NCBI GenBank assembly: GCA_963693365.1
Contig: CAVNZM010000013.1
Location: 2,762,949 to 2,818,221 of the forward strand
DNA from: Amoebidium appalachense
Lineage: Eukaryota; Protista; Ichthyosporea
Direction of reading: 5' to 3'
DNA length: 55,273 bases
The notes under the pieces are model-generated. The model made no database searches. It was not told where the DNA came from and saw nothing but the letters and a program-made list of their open reading frames with translations. This document shows positions 24,052 through 37,108 of the stretch, in pieces; the stretch's first letter is position 1, and every line of letters begins with the position of its first letter. The position numbers and the translations under genes were made by a program.

Positions 24052-25184
24052 CGGCCAGATGGTTGAGGGGTCCTGGTAGGTAGGATGCCTGTAACGTAAA
24101 TTGGTATTGCATTTCCATGCGGGTGATGAACCGAATAAGTTTGGCCATCACGGGGTGGGGGGAAGACCGGGAGTGCAGGTCAGAAACAGCACCCGTGTTG
24201 TCGCATAAAATACGGACATGGTGGGTGGACCAGGAGGGGGCCCAGAGGGCCACGGCGGCTGCGATGGCCAGGAGTTCGATGACGGAAGAACCGAGTTTAC
24301 CCTCATGAGCATAGAGGGCTTGGGTGGAGGGGGACCAGGGCATGAAGAACCATTGGTCGAGCCAGTGGCCTCCTAGACCCACCGATCCGGCAGCATCAGT
24401 GGCCAGGGTGGTGTATGTGGGGGGTGTGATGAGGTGCACCCCATTCCATGATGTGAGGAACTGGTGCCATTCGGCTATGTCGGCCCGGGCGGCAGCAGTC
24501 AGTCGTATGTGGTGGTGGCCGGCAAGGTGTGGGTGGGTCCGGAGAAGGGCCCATAGGCGCTGGGAGAAGGCCCTCCCGGGGGGAACCAGCTGGGCACACC
24601 AGGTGAGTTTGCCGAGGAGGGACTGGAGGTCCCGAATGGTGATGGTGGGCTTTGGGTGGGAAGTGAGGTCGAGTAGGTCCGAGAGCTTGGAAGCCGGGAT
24701 TCGTGCCTCCATGGTGATGGAGTCGAATTCGATACCGATGAAGACGACACGGGTAGCCGGGCCCTGCATCTTGTCTTCGGAGATGGCAATGTGCAGCTGT
24801 CGGCAGAGTTGCAGGAAGGTGGATAGGTGACGTTGGCACTGCTCTTGTGTGGGGGCGACTATAATCCAGTCGTTTACGTAGTGGCGGATGAGGGTAATAC
24901 CGTGCTGGTGTGCCAGCCACTGTAGGGTGGCCGCGATCCGTTCCCAGATGGCTGGGCTAGATTTCAGGCCGAAGGGCAGTCTGGTTTCAACGTAAAAATG
25001 CCCTTGCCATTTGAATGCCATTAAGTGGTGGTCTTCCGGTCGGATGGGCATGTGCCGGAAGGCAGCCTGCACATCTGCCACGGCCATGTAGCAGCCGGGG
25101 CCTGCGTCGAGAATGAGTTGGGTGACATCCCGGGCGCGAATGTACTGAAGTTCGTCGGGGTAGGTGATGCTGTCATTGACACTG
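23936..25184 (-). pseudogene. RT/RNase H of copy 4, 3' part (5' part at 34361-35130); YVND
   Basis: RT and RH motifs; interrupted at PRGS|SVND. Confidence 0.88.
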
Positions 25185-25220
25185 CATCAGCAAACTTCCT
25201 CCGGCATCCGAAACCCATTA

Positions 25221-25790
25221 TCTATGAAAAACTACTCCGGGACGTGTGTTGCCTCTAGGGGGACATCCCCTTGGACGAAAGTGAACCTGCAATGGTTGTA
25301 AACCACGGCAAGCCCCCAGTCATCAATTTATTGATCCGTGAGGTCCATGTGCCCAAAAAACGGGGGAAGGCTTCGCCCCGTGAAAAAACAGCACGTATGT
25401 GTGGATCAATGGGGGTTGTGTGTGGGTGTAGGTGGGTGGGTGAAAAGGAATATATAGCTGTAAGGCTGTGGATGCTAAACACAGAAGATGTGTTTGTAGC
25501 TTGCTGATCTGCTAAAAAACTGTCGTGCTTATATACCTAAGCCTACCGATCTGAACCAATCAAAAATCGATCTAGTGATATGTGAAATCTGATCCGAGCC
25601 AATCATAACTCGGTCTAGTGATCTGTGGTATCTGATGTTTTGACTGGCTAATAGGTGCCCGTGTGCGGGCAGCCAACCGCTAACTGCTAAAACACGAAAT
25701 GAAGCCTACATGGTTATGTTGGTATTGAACACCCATCCTACGTGTTTACCCAGAAAAATATTTATGTCAATAATTTCCACAAATAAAACC
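25221..25790 (-). mobile_element. Ngaro solo A-spacer-B unit (copy 5, 570 bp)
   Basis: Exact element termini, no coding sequence. Confidence 0.92.
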
Positions 25791-26551
25791 AAAACCCATT
25801 AAAGATATCATAAACCCATAAACCCATCTTTTTGCCACTCTTTATCCCCCTCTTGTCTTTTAGATAACATAACAGCATCGTTTTGCTATCACGGGTTTTC
25901 TGGATATCATTTTGGTATCTTTTGCTAGATATCAAAATGATCTCATAATGGGCTCATACGGAGCACCCTGAACCCATCGTTGTTCTATCCTGTGTTCCAT
26001 GTATTCAACAACCTCGTTATATCCGTATGATACCATTATGATAGTCTATTTGATATCATAAAATCTTTTTAGTCTGATGTTCAGAAGCGTTTTAGACATA
26101 ATAAAGATATCTCTAATAGCGGATTAGGAGCCCTTCCCCATATCCTTATGGTAGCTATCACATATCCTTACGATATATATGAAAATCGATCATAAGATAC
26201 ATATTTAGGAGCCTTTAAAGATATGAGAAGTTCTGGCTGTATGTCCTCTACACGACATCTTTCTAGTATCTGTTACATATCGTTAAAACATATAGTAGTT
26301 TATCAGCTAACCATTCCTTATGATATTAGTAGCATATCGTTAACATAACTCTGTCACATCTTTTTGACATACAGCACATATATCAAAACGATAAATTTAA
26401 GGTATAATTAAGATTTATTAAGAATGATTTTCGCAATATAGTTATATTATCCTTTTCATATCATTATGTTATGTCTTGATATATATGATTGAGCCATTTT
26501 CAAAGTTGATATCATCCAGACGTCGTTTCCGATCACTGTTTGATGTCGTTT

Positions 26552-26607
<56 letters not shown>

Positions 26608-27272
26608 ACCCCCCCCCCCCCCCCGCCCCTCACCCCTTTCGAACCTGCCTGTCACGTGGTCATATGTCGTCGAGCCGCTGATTACAGATCCATTTTCTGC
26701 AGACACGTCCCACTGGAACGTGTCAACTATAACTCATCTATTATCTTTTACGTAGGGTTATGTCCCACTGGGGCGTGTCTGTCACTTCAAATATTTTCTA
26801 AGACAAATATTTTTAAAGACATGTCCTCGGGACATGTCTTCACACAATTTATTCGAACTACGAAAACACACAAAATAAATACACAGACACACACAAAATA
26901 ATAATAATAATAATAAAAATAATAAAAAGCTCTGTTACTTTTTCTCTTCGCACACACACACACAAAAAAAAAGAAAAAAAGAAAAAAAAAGAAAAGTCAC
27001 TCTTTTGTGTGTGTGTGTGGGGGGGGGGGGGGGGAAGGAGTATAAAAGAGCAGCAACGAACATAAACAAAACTCAAAACAAGCAAACTATTATGCGGGTT
27101 TCTAAGAAGCTCCCAACATCATTAAACTAAACACATGCTAATCCCTTGACAGAAGAGTAACAAGGTGTGTGTGTATGGGTATGAGGCCCAAAAAAAAAAA
27201 AAAGGACGCCCAACATGACAATATAAGGGGGGCACTCTTACACCAAACCATACCATACCAAATGCCGGCAGA

Positions 27273-27521
27273 GTAATTAACAGGACAAAGAGCCGGTACC
27301 CACCTATGGGTGCTAAACATGCACATGATCATTCATGTGCTATAAGAGCAACACAGAAACGAAACACGGAAACAACAGCAGCCATAGGACAAAGAACCAG
27401 ACCCACAGGGTCTTGCCTCCATACTTTATTTACCTTAACAGGACAAAGAGCCGGTACCCACCTATGAAACGAAAAACGGAAACAACAGCAGCCATAGGAC
27501 AAAGAGCCGGTACCCACCTCT
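27273..27521 (+). repeat. Short imperfect repeats (aggacaaagagccggtacccacct x3 plus one variant)
   Basis: Directly visible. Confidence 0.75.
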
Positions 27522-27532
27522 AGATGATAACT

Positions 27533-27631
27533 TAGCCTTATAGCTGCTGATGACTTCATGGGCCAACCTTGCCAAAACCTGTAAAGGAACTCGAGCTAAG
27601 AATTAGCTCATCCTACTTGCGAGAAGTGGGG

Positions 27632-27665
<34 letters not shown>

Positions 27666-28767
27666 GAGGGGGCTGACTGAGAGTGGCAAAAAAAGAGTCG
27701 ACAGAACCAACCTTAAACATAGTAAGGACGGAAACCCGGACCAGAACTTATGAAGTCTAGAGAAGCAGAAAATAGCTTGAACGATCGGTGGAGGGGATGA
27801 TAGCTATAGTGCTAACAGCAAAAGTAGTGCCCACAGTCGCTGGTTCATGAACGTGAAAGGCAACGTGCATCTGCAGCCAGCAGACACACGCACACGCACG
27901 CACGCACACACACATACACACACACACACACAGACACAGACACAGACCAGACAGACAAACGCCATATGCACAAAAGCAGGCAACACAAAACTAACCTTCA
28001 AGAAGAAGCTGCAGCATGCAGCATGGTCCAAAACAATCAGCACGGTGGCTGCGCGATCTGCGGAGGGGATCTGTGACCAGGCGCTGCGGTAAGGGAACTG
28101 CGACCAGGCGACCTGCGGGAAGGGACCTGCGACCAGGCGACCTGCGGGAAAGGACCTGCGGACCTGCGGGAAGGGGGAAGAGAAATGGAGAAAACAACGT
28201 GCGTACAGGCTTAAATGGAGAAAAAAATTGCAAACCGGATTGGGATTTAGCCAATCACTATTCGCCGCGCCTGATTAGGAAAAAGATAAAAATAGATTTC
28301 GGCTCGCGCGCGCGCGTGCATCAGCTTGGTGCCCTTAGCGCTACCCTTAGTGCCCTTAGTCACAACTATCAGACTATAGTTACGTGTCCTCCACTTCTTT
28401 GTTCTTGACCATTTTTTCGGCATGAAAGGGTTTCTGTTACTTCTTGCTGTCCTTCTTAGCGTGCTTGCTTGTCTTTTTTTCAACATGGGTGTCACTGGCG
28501 CTTTCGACTTCTTTGAAATCACACACACACACACACACACAGCGCGCGCGCGCGCGCGCACGCGCGCACGCACACACACTCACACATGCACACTGCACAC
28601 ACACACACACACACACACACAGGCGCGCACACACAGGCACGCACACACACACAGGCGCACACCTACACAACACACACAGCACATGCACACACAAGCGCAC
28701 ACACGCACACACCCTGTTATCCCTGATCATGATGCCCCCTCCCCCCCTCCCTCTTCCCCCCCCCCGC

Positions 28768-28798
<31 letters not shown>

Positions 28799-28823
28799 AC
28801 CCACCCACCTACAAAGACGAAAA
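27533..28823 (-). repeat. Inverted copy of 14749-16203
   Basis: Reverse-complement similarity. Confidence 0.88.
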
Positions 28824-29235
28824 CATTGTACATGTATTGCATACACAAATATACTCGCACATATACATACACACATTCACTTTAATCTTTCAGGCTACAT
28901 GTGCAATATACATTAATTATGCACAGTCGATAGAATTCGTTGTGAACCCCCCCCCCCCCCCCTCCCCCCCTCCTCGTTCCCCCCATATGCAATGGGGATA
29001 ATATTGTTTCCCGCTATTAATTAAAAAATCACCGTTCTAACTTCTTAAGACCGAACCACTTGTAACACCGACAGTTTCGGTTGTGTGGAACCCCCCCTCC
29101 CCCCCCCCCCCCCCCCCCCCCCCCCAACCCACCCACCACCTTACCAATATTGAGGTGTACACTGCCCCCACATCCCCAACTGTGTGCTGAATATCCCGTG
29201 CTAGGAAACCAATAACGTGAAAGTAACACATGCCG

Positions 29236-31331
29236 CATGTGGGTAGTTATTGAAAAAACCAATAATGTCTAGGTAACATACCGTAAGATGTACATATACT
29301 ATGCTACAAAGGGGGTTCTATACGAGCTACAACGTTGGGTTTTTTTCGTGTGACCCTCGTACTCCAGGGGCACATTCACCATCCACCCCATAAACGTTGT
29401 GGTAAATCTCTCGTCCTAGAGGCTGTTCTGTGGGTAGTTATTGAAAAACCAATAATGTCTAGGTAACATATATATGTACATATACTATGCTACAAGGGGG
29501 GTTCTATACGAGCTACAACGTTGTGTTTTTTTCGTGTGACCCTCGTACTCCAGGGGCACATTCACCATCCCCCCATAAACGTTGTGGTAAAGCTCTCGTG
29601 CTAGAAGCTGTTCTGTGGGTAGTTATTGAAAAAACCAATAATGTCTAGGTAACATACTATGTACATATACTATGCTACAAGGGGGGTTCTATACGAGCTA
29701 CAACGTTGTGCTTTTTTCGTGTGACCCTCGTACTCCAGGGGCACATTCACCATCCCCCCCATACACGTTGTGGTAAAGCTCTCGTGCTAGAAGCTGTTCT
29801 GTGGGTAGTTATTGAAAAAACGAATAATGTCTAGGTAACACATGTACTTATACTATGCTACAAGGGGGGTTCTATTCAAGCTACAATGTTGTGTTTTTTT
29901 CGTGTGACCCTCGTACTCCAGGGGCACATTCACCATCCACCCCATAAACTTTGTGGTAAATCTCTCGTGCTAGAGGCTGTTCTGTGGGTAGCTATTGAAA
30001 AACCAATAATGTCTAGGTAACATATGTACATATACTATGCTACAAGGGGGGTTCTATATGAGCTACAACGTTGTGTTTTTTTCGTGTGACCCTCGTACTC
30101 CAGGGGCACATTCACCATCCCCCCCATAAACGTTGTGGTAAAGCTCTCGTGCTAGAAGCTGTTCTGTGGGCAGTTATTGAAAAAACCAATAATGTCTAGG
30201 TAACATACTATATACATATACTATGCTACAAGGGGGGTTCTATACGAGCTACAACGTTGTGCTTTTTTCGTGTGACCCTCGTACTCCAGGGGCACATTCA
30301 CCATCCCCCCCATACACGTTGTGGTAAAGCTCTCGTGCTAGAAGCTGTTCTGTGGGTAGTTATTGAAAAACCAATAATGTCTAGGTAACATATGTACATA
30401 TACTATGCTACAAGGGGGTTCTATACGAGCTACAACGTTGTGTTTTTTTCGTGTGACCCTCGTACTCCAGGGGCACATTCACCATCCCCCCCATAAACGT
30501 TGTGGTAAAGCTCTCGTGCTAGAAGCTGTTCTGTGGGTAGTTATTGAAAAAACCAATAATGTCTAGGTAACATACTATGTACATATACTATGCTACAAGG
30601 GGGGTTCTATACGAGCTACAACGTTGTGTTTTTTTCGTGTGACCCTTGTACTCCAGGGGCACATTCAACATCCCCCCCATACACGTTGTGGTAAATGTCT
30701 CGTGCTAGAAGCTGTTCTGTGGGTAGTTATTGAAACAACCAATAATGTCTAGGTAACACATGGACATATACTATGCTACAAGGGGGGTCTATTCGAGCTA
30801 CAACATTGTGTTTTTTTCGTGTGACCCTCGTACTCCAGGGGCACATTCACCATCTCCCCCATAAACTTTGTGGTAAATGTCTCGTGCTAGAAGCTGTTCT
30901 GTGGGTAGTTATTGAAAAAACCAATAATGTCTAGGTAACATACTATGTACATATACTATGCTACAAGGGGGGTTCTATACGAGCTACAACGTTGTGTTTT
31001 TTTCGTGTGACCCTCGTACTCCAGGGGCACATTCACCATCCCCCCCATAAACTTTGTGGTAAAGCTCTCGTGCTAGAAGCTGTTCTGTGGGTAGTTATTG
31101 AAAAAACGAATAATGTCTAGGTAACACATGTACTTATACTATGCTACAAGGGGGGTTCTATTCGAGCTACAAGGTTGTGTTTTTTTCGTGTGACCCTCGT
31201 ACTCCAGGGGCACATTTACCATCCCCCCCATAAACGTTGTGGTAAATTTCTCGTGCTAGAGGCTGTTCTGTGGGTAGTTATTGAAAAACCAATAATGTCT
31301 AGGTAACATATGTACATATACTATGCTACAA
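29236..31331 (+). repeat. Tandem satellite, ~184-bp unit, 11 full copies plus a partial
   Basis: Unit starts tgtgggtagttattgaaaa at ~29238, 29429, 29614, 29800, 29983, 30165, 30351, 30532, 30718, 30900, 31086, 31269. Confidence 0.96.
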
Positions 31332-31444
31332 GGTGCTACAAGGGAGGAGATATTTTATTAACGGGAGAGTGAGCCGAGAATGTGTAGATAAAGAACAGAG
31401 GAATATCGAGGCAACCGTGGTGTACCCTGTCTTTATGTGAACAC

Positions 31445-31476
<32 letters not shown>

Positions 31477-31547
31477 CTCGCGCGTTCGTGTCTACCGATG
31501 TACGTGCACACGGGCATGTGTTTGGGTGTGTGTATGTACGTGTGTGT

Positions 31548-31601
<54 letters not shown>

Positions 31602-31625
31602 AGGTGCGCATGGTAACGTGTGTGT

Positions 31626-31711
<86 letters not shown>

Positions 31712-31744
31712 CAACGTGCCTGTGTGTGTGTGTGTGTGTGTGGC

Positions 31745-31775
<31 letters not shown>

Positions 31776-34700
31776 AGGGCAACGTGTCTGTCTGTGTGTG
31801 TGTATCTCTCTCTGTGTGTGTGTGTTTGTGTGTGTGTGTGTGGCAGCGTGCGTGTCTCGCTGTGTGTGTGTGTGTGTGTGTGTGTCATGATTGACGACAT
31901 AGGTTCAGAAGAAGAGTGTGTATCACTACGTTGCAGTTTTCACATACTTTGTAGTTCACGCGCGCGGAGGCATAATGTTAACGTGCGTTACCGGTTATAG
32001 AAAGCACAAGCGTAACTAGCGTTTTATATCATAAATAGTCATAAAATGGTAACGTTCATTATAACTACGATGCATGAGAATAGAATGATATCAACAATAC
32101 ATACATTAGATATCGTACGGATATCTTGCGATATATCATCTGGTGTCCGGAGAATGTGCACGTGCCTGTGATGTGCACCCGCCCTAATGCAGTAAGGTAT
32201 TGTTTTCAGGCGCTAATAAACCTTCAAAGGTGGTAACATCCTCGGAACACACAAAATATAAAATTGCAATAAATAACCATTTTCCTGCTTCGATGCTCGA
32301 AATTGGTACTATGTAGTTACTAGATTGCTCTATTTTGCCTAGTGTTTAGTGTTTCGGACGTTCGCAATTTACACTCTGCCACATGGCACTTGCCAAATGG
32401 GGTAATTTAGTTTTATTTGCGGCCGTTGTGGTTGCGTGTTTATCTAACAAATATCATTATGAGATGTTTATGACCCCTGTGGGATATGTACAAGATCAGA
32501 CCATAGAAGATCAGGTCGTTGCGATGTCGTAAAGATGGCAGAAACATATCTTCATTAGATGTATGCGATAATCTCAATTAAACATGAAACGTGATTGGCT
32601 GATCACAGTTGGGTGACCCTGAGCATGCCGTTTTGAAGAATAACAACCAATCAAAATCGGGTTTGCCATTTTGTGATTTTCGTCCCACAATCGAACGGAA
32701 AAGTGATTTCCTGGCCCTATATAAATGGCCATGCCACCATCACATTCAGATGGCCGCAATGAGCCCCGCAATGCCCCGTGTGAGTAATTGGCGGGTTTCC
32801 CAACGATTGCTCAGCTGGCTTGATCACAAAAATTTTCTTTGCGCGTATATCGCAACCATTCTCATCGGACATCTAATAGACATCTAAAGGATTTTTCGAT
32901 TGTTCTTCTGATATCTTTCTAATATCCACAATGCTGCCGTTTAGATATCACATTGATGTACTTACAAAAGACACTGACCTTCTACTGCACGGATGTTCTT
33001 CTGATATCTTTCTAATATCCACAATACTGCCGCTTAGATATCACTGGGATGGCAAGCTTATGTATCATATACTTATGAATTCGATATATAAATATATCCC
33101 TATGCGGATATCGCAATGATAATCTAAGGGCCTCTAAAAGATATGTAGATGATACCTCGTGGACTACTGCTCTGGACAGATTAGGATATTCAAATGATAG
33201 GTTACAGCATATCACATTGATGTACATAGCGACATCTTACCGATATCAATCACACAACTCACTAGTCTTTATTTAGATATATCAGGTACATATCCTTACG
33301 ACGTGTACAAAGATATGAATTAGATATCGTAGCTTGGGCCTGCAAAGAGGCAGTTGTGATATGTTTGAGATGTAGGACCAAAAACAGATAACATATTGAA
33401 TATAAAAGGGATATCAAAAAGAATATCAAAAGGATACCCACAATGCTGCCGTTTTAGACAGAGCGGGATATTCAAATGATAAGTTACAGCATATCACATT
33501 GATGTACATAGGGGCATCTTACACATACCAATCACATATATCACAAGTCTTTATTTAGATATATTTGGTACATATCCTTACGACCTGTACAATGATATGA
33601 ATTAGATATCATATCTTGGGCCTGTGGACAAAGGGATATCCGAAAGGATATCAAAAGGATGTCTTCAACATGCCTACTGGTTGTGTACAAGGGTATCTTC
33701 TGGATTACCCCCATGGGCGCATAACGATATCAAAAAAATGGTTGTAGGTACATCACAACGATGTCCAGACGATATCAAAACAACATCTGTATTATATTCA
33801 ATTTATAAGCATACATGTTATCCATCAGATATCACGTGGATATCAATTTGTATTGTCCCACGACATCAGGTAGATATCGTCATGTAATGCGTATTGGATG
33901 GGATTAAGATATTCTATAATGAGGGATATCTGTAGGCTATAACAAAGACATCTAACAGATATCGTTTGGGGCACCAATATCCTAAACGTATGTGAAACAT
34001 ATCCAAAAGAGCTATTATGACCTTGCTAACATACATATCACTAGGATAGCATATGGATATCATAATGCTATGAGGAAATTTTGAGATTTTCGGTCAAAAA
34101 CCAAAACCATCGTGGTTTTCTATGATATCGTAAGGATATCGTAAGGATATCAGCAAAGGATGGGTTTCGGATATGCGCCATACCATAACCAATCCGAACC
34201 CTATCAAAGATATCATTGATAGGGATCTGATGGGTTCTATCCGGGAATTCTATGATATCTTGTCAGGCTCTTTTTGACGTATTTAGGGTGGGGTTTGGTA
34301 TGCCATATATCAAAATGATATATAAGATGGGTTTCGGATGCCGGATGAAGTTTGCTGATGTGCTACCCCGGGGCCAGGAGAGGTGGTGGATTCGACGGTA
34401 CTTGGGGGGGTTCCCTTTCTTGGTAACGGCGCCGATGGGGGAGGAACGGTGGACCGGAAATTCGTCAAAGAATTGGGCCGGGGAGAGGGGGCCGCGCAGG
34501 TGGCCGAGGGCGACTTCTTTGGCAATATCCACCGTGATAGCGGCAGCTGCCTCCGGGGTGGTGGGTAGGTTGGGGCCCACCCGAGAGGTGGAGGGGCCGC
34601 GATAGCCGATGTCGACGCCGAATTCGACATCGTGGAGGAGTTGTGCGGCGAATGGTTGGTCCGGGTAGGAGGCCAGCAGTTCCCGGAGGCGGGAGGTGTC

Positions 34701-34815
34701 AATGTGGTGCTGGGGCAGCGGGCGGGCCTCCGGGTCTGAGCCTCGGGGGAAGGGGGTGGTTAGCAAGGGTGGTGTACCCTTGGGGAGATCCCGGCAGCGG
34801 GGGGGGGGGGGGGGG

Positions 34816-34855
<40 letters not shown>

Positions 34856-35249
34856 CAGGGCCCCGGGGGGTTAGAGTAGGGCAGCTGGGCCCAAGTGAGG
34901 GTTGGCAGGGAGGGCAGCGGGGCCCTGTGCAGGGGAATGTGCCCGAGCACGCGGGGGTGTGGGCGGACACAGAGGTAGAAGAAGGGGGGGGGGGGAGGGA
35001 GTGCTAGGTGAGTGTAAGGGGGGGGGAGGCTCGTGGGATGGGGGGGGAGTAAAATTATGTGCAGTGGCCAGAATAAACGTCTTTGTGTAGGGACATTTAT
35101 TCTTGACGCGCGCGGGCGCCGTAGTTGGCCTGCGAAATTTTGTACTCAGCCCTATTGGCCCGTTCTCCCGAGCTCCGTTTCCCTGTACTCGTGTGTCCTA
35201 GCTCCTAACCCCTATGTTCTAGAGCTGTGTGTGTGGGTGTGCGCGTAGA

Positions 35250-36406
35250 CTAGGCATTGTGCTTGCAGTCTTTGCGGGGGTGTGTGCCAGAGCAGAGCGG
35301 GCACACGTGGGAGAAGGGGCAGGGCTGCTTAGCGCAGGACCGACCGTTATTGTGGAAATTCCTGCAGTGCGTCGCGGGTAGACCCACGGGTCGGGCCGGG
35401 TTGCGGGCCAGGGCGGTTAGGGGTTTGACCCCCGCCGGGCTTGTGGGGCGGCTTAAAGCCGTCAAGACCACAGCCGGGCTTGGGGTACATGGGGCAGGCC
35501 GTGCTGGGGTGGTCGGGGGAAGCCACAGCGCTGACATGCGTCCGGGATGAGCAGAGTGGGTGGCAGGAGGAGATCCTGGTGGAGTTGGGCGAGCAGGTTG
35601 GGACACTCGATCGGAGCCCGACCCTGCTGGTGGGCAACGGTGCGGGCGTATACGTCATAGTTGTGGATCTGGGCCCACGGGTATCGGGTGCTGAGGCGAG
35701 TGATGTGCTGAGTCCAAAGTACGTCTTTGTCCGTGGGGAGGCCGAGGTGGTGCTTGGCGGCCATGTAATGGGTCCAAGCTTGGATCCAAATGACGAGTGA
35801 ACGCAGGGGAACGGGTTTGTCTTGGCGAAAAGTCTCGATGCTGCCGTCGTCGGCCATGCGCAGATGCTGACCTTTCTTGGATGGGGCCAGGAGGGCGGCG
35901 GGGGTGAACTTATACAGGTCGACGAAACGATTGGCGCGCAAATCTGCCAGCACATCCGCGGGGGGAAGCGGGAGTGTGCCCGGCTGAATGTCGCCAGTGT
36001 TCTCACCTGTGATGGGGGGCGCGGGCAGGGCAGGTAGGTCTAGGTCAGGGCCGAGATGCAGCCCCGGGGAAACCTCCCCGGGTGTGGAGGGCGCGGCGGG
36101 GGGCGCGGGAGGGTCGCGGTTGGTGAGAGCAGCCAGGACGCCAGCCATCTGGGTGCTGATGGCGGTGAGGGCGGCCAGGACGGCGTCTTGAGAAGTCATC
36201 TGCGGGGACGGCGGGGCCTGAGGGGGGACTTCAGGAGTGGAGGGGAGAGTAGCCGGCGGGTCCGGGTCCGTGGTGGTGTGGGCCGCTGGAGGCGCGTCAG
36301 TGTCCGCGGGAGCGTTGGTCAGCCTGTGGCGGAGGTCGCTGCGGGTCAGGCGCTTAGGTGCCGCGGCAGGGGCGGCTGCTGAGGCCTGGCGCTTTTTCGG
36401 CGGCAT
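35250..36406 (-). pseudogene. Gag of copy 4 (frameshift at ~35515, small in-frame deletion)
   Basis: Homolog of 9227-10402. Confidence 0.85.
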
Positions 36407-36711
36407 GCTGACCGGCGTAGGGAAAGATAGGGAGAATGAAAAGGAATATATAGCTGTAAGGCTGTGGATGCTAAACACAGAAGATGTGTTTGTAGCTTGC
36501 TGATCTGCTAAAAACTGTCGTGCTTATATACCTAAGCCTACCGATCTGAGCCAATCAAAAATCGATCTAGTGATATGTGAAATCTGATCCGAGCCAATCA
36601 TAACTCGGTCTAGTGATCTGTGGTATCTGATGTTTTGACTGGCTAATAGGTGCCCGTGTGCGGGCAGCCAACCGCTAACTGCTAAAACACGAAATGAAGC
36701 CTACATGGTTA

Positions 36712-37062
36712 GGTTTTATTTGTGGAAATTATTGACATAAATATTTTTCTGGGTAAACACGTAGGATGGGTGTTCAATACCAACATAACCATGTAGGCTT
36801 CATTTCGTGTTTTAGCAGTTAGCGGTTGGCTGCCCGCACACGGGCACCTATTAGCCAGTCAAAACATCAGATACCACAGATCACTAGACCGAGTTATGAT
36901 TGGCTCGGATCAGATTTCACATATCACTAGATCGATTTTTGATTGGTTCAGATCGGTAGGCTTAGGTATATAAGCACGACAGTTTTTAGCAGATCAGCAA
37001 GCTACAAACACATCTTCTGTGTTTAGCATCCACAGCCTTACAGCTATATATTCCTTTTCACA

Positions 37063-37108
<46 letters not shown>

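Larger units (their letters stand above)
25185..34360. mobile_element. 9.2-kb non-autonomous TIR element, possibly CMC/EnSpm-like
   Basis: 34-bp TIRs CATCAGCAAACTTC(C/A)TCCGGCATCCGAAACCCAT, TG duplicated at 25183-84 and 34361-62; no transposase seen. Confidence 0.85.

Noticed and set aside
29236-31331. CRISPR-like array
   Set aside because: Whole units repeat; there are no unique spacers or cas genes, and the context is eukaryotic
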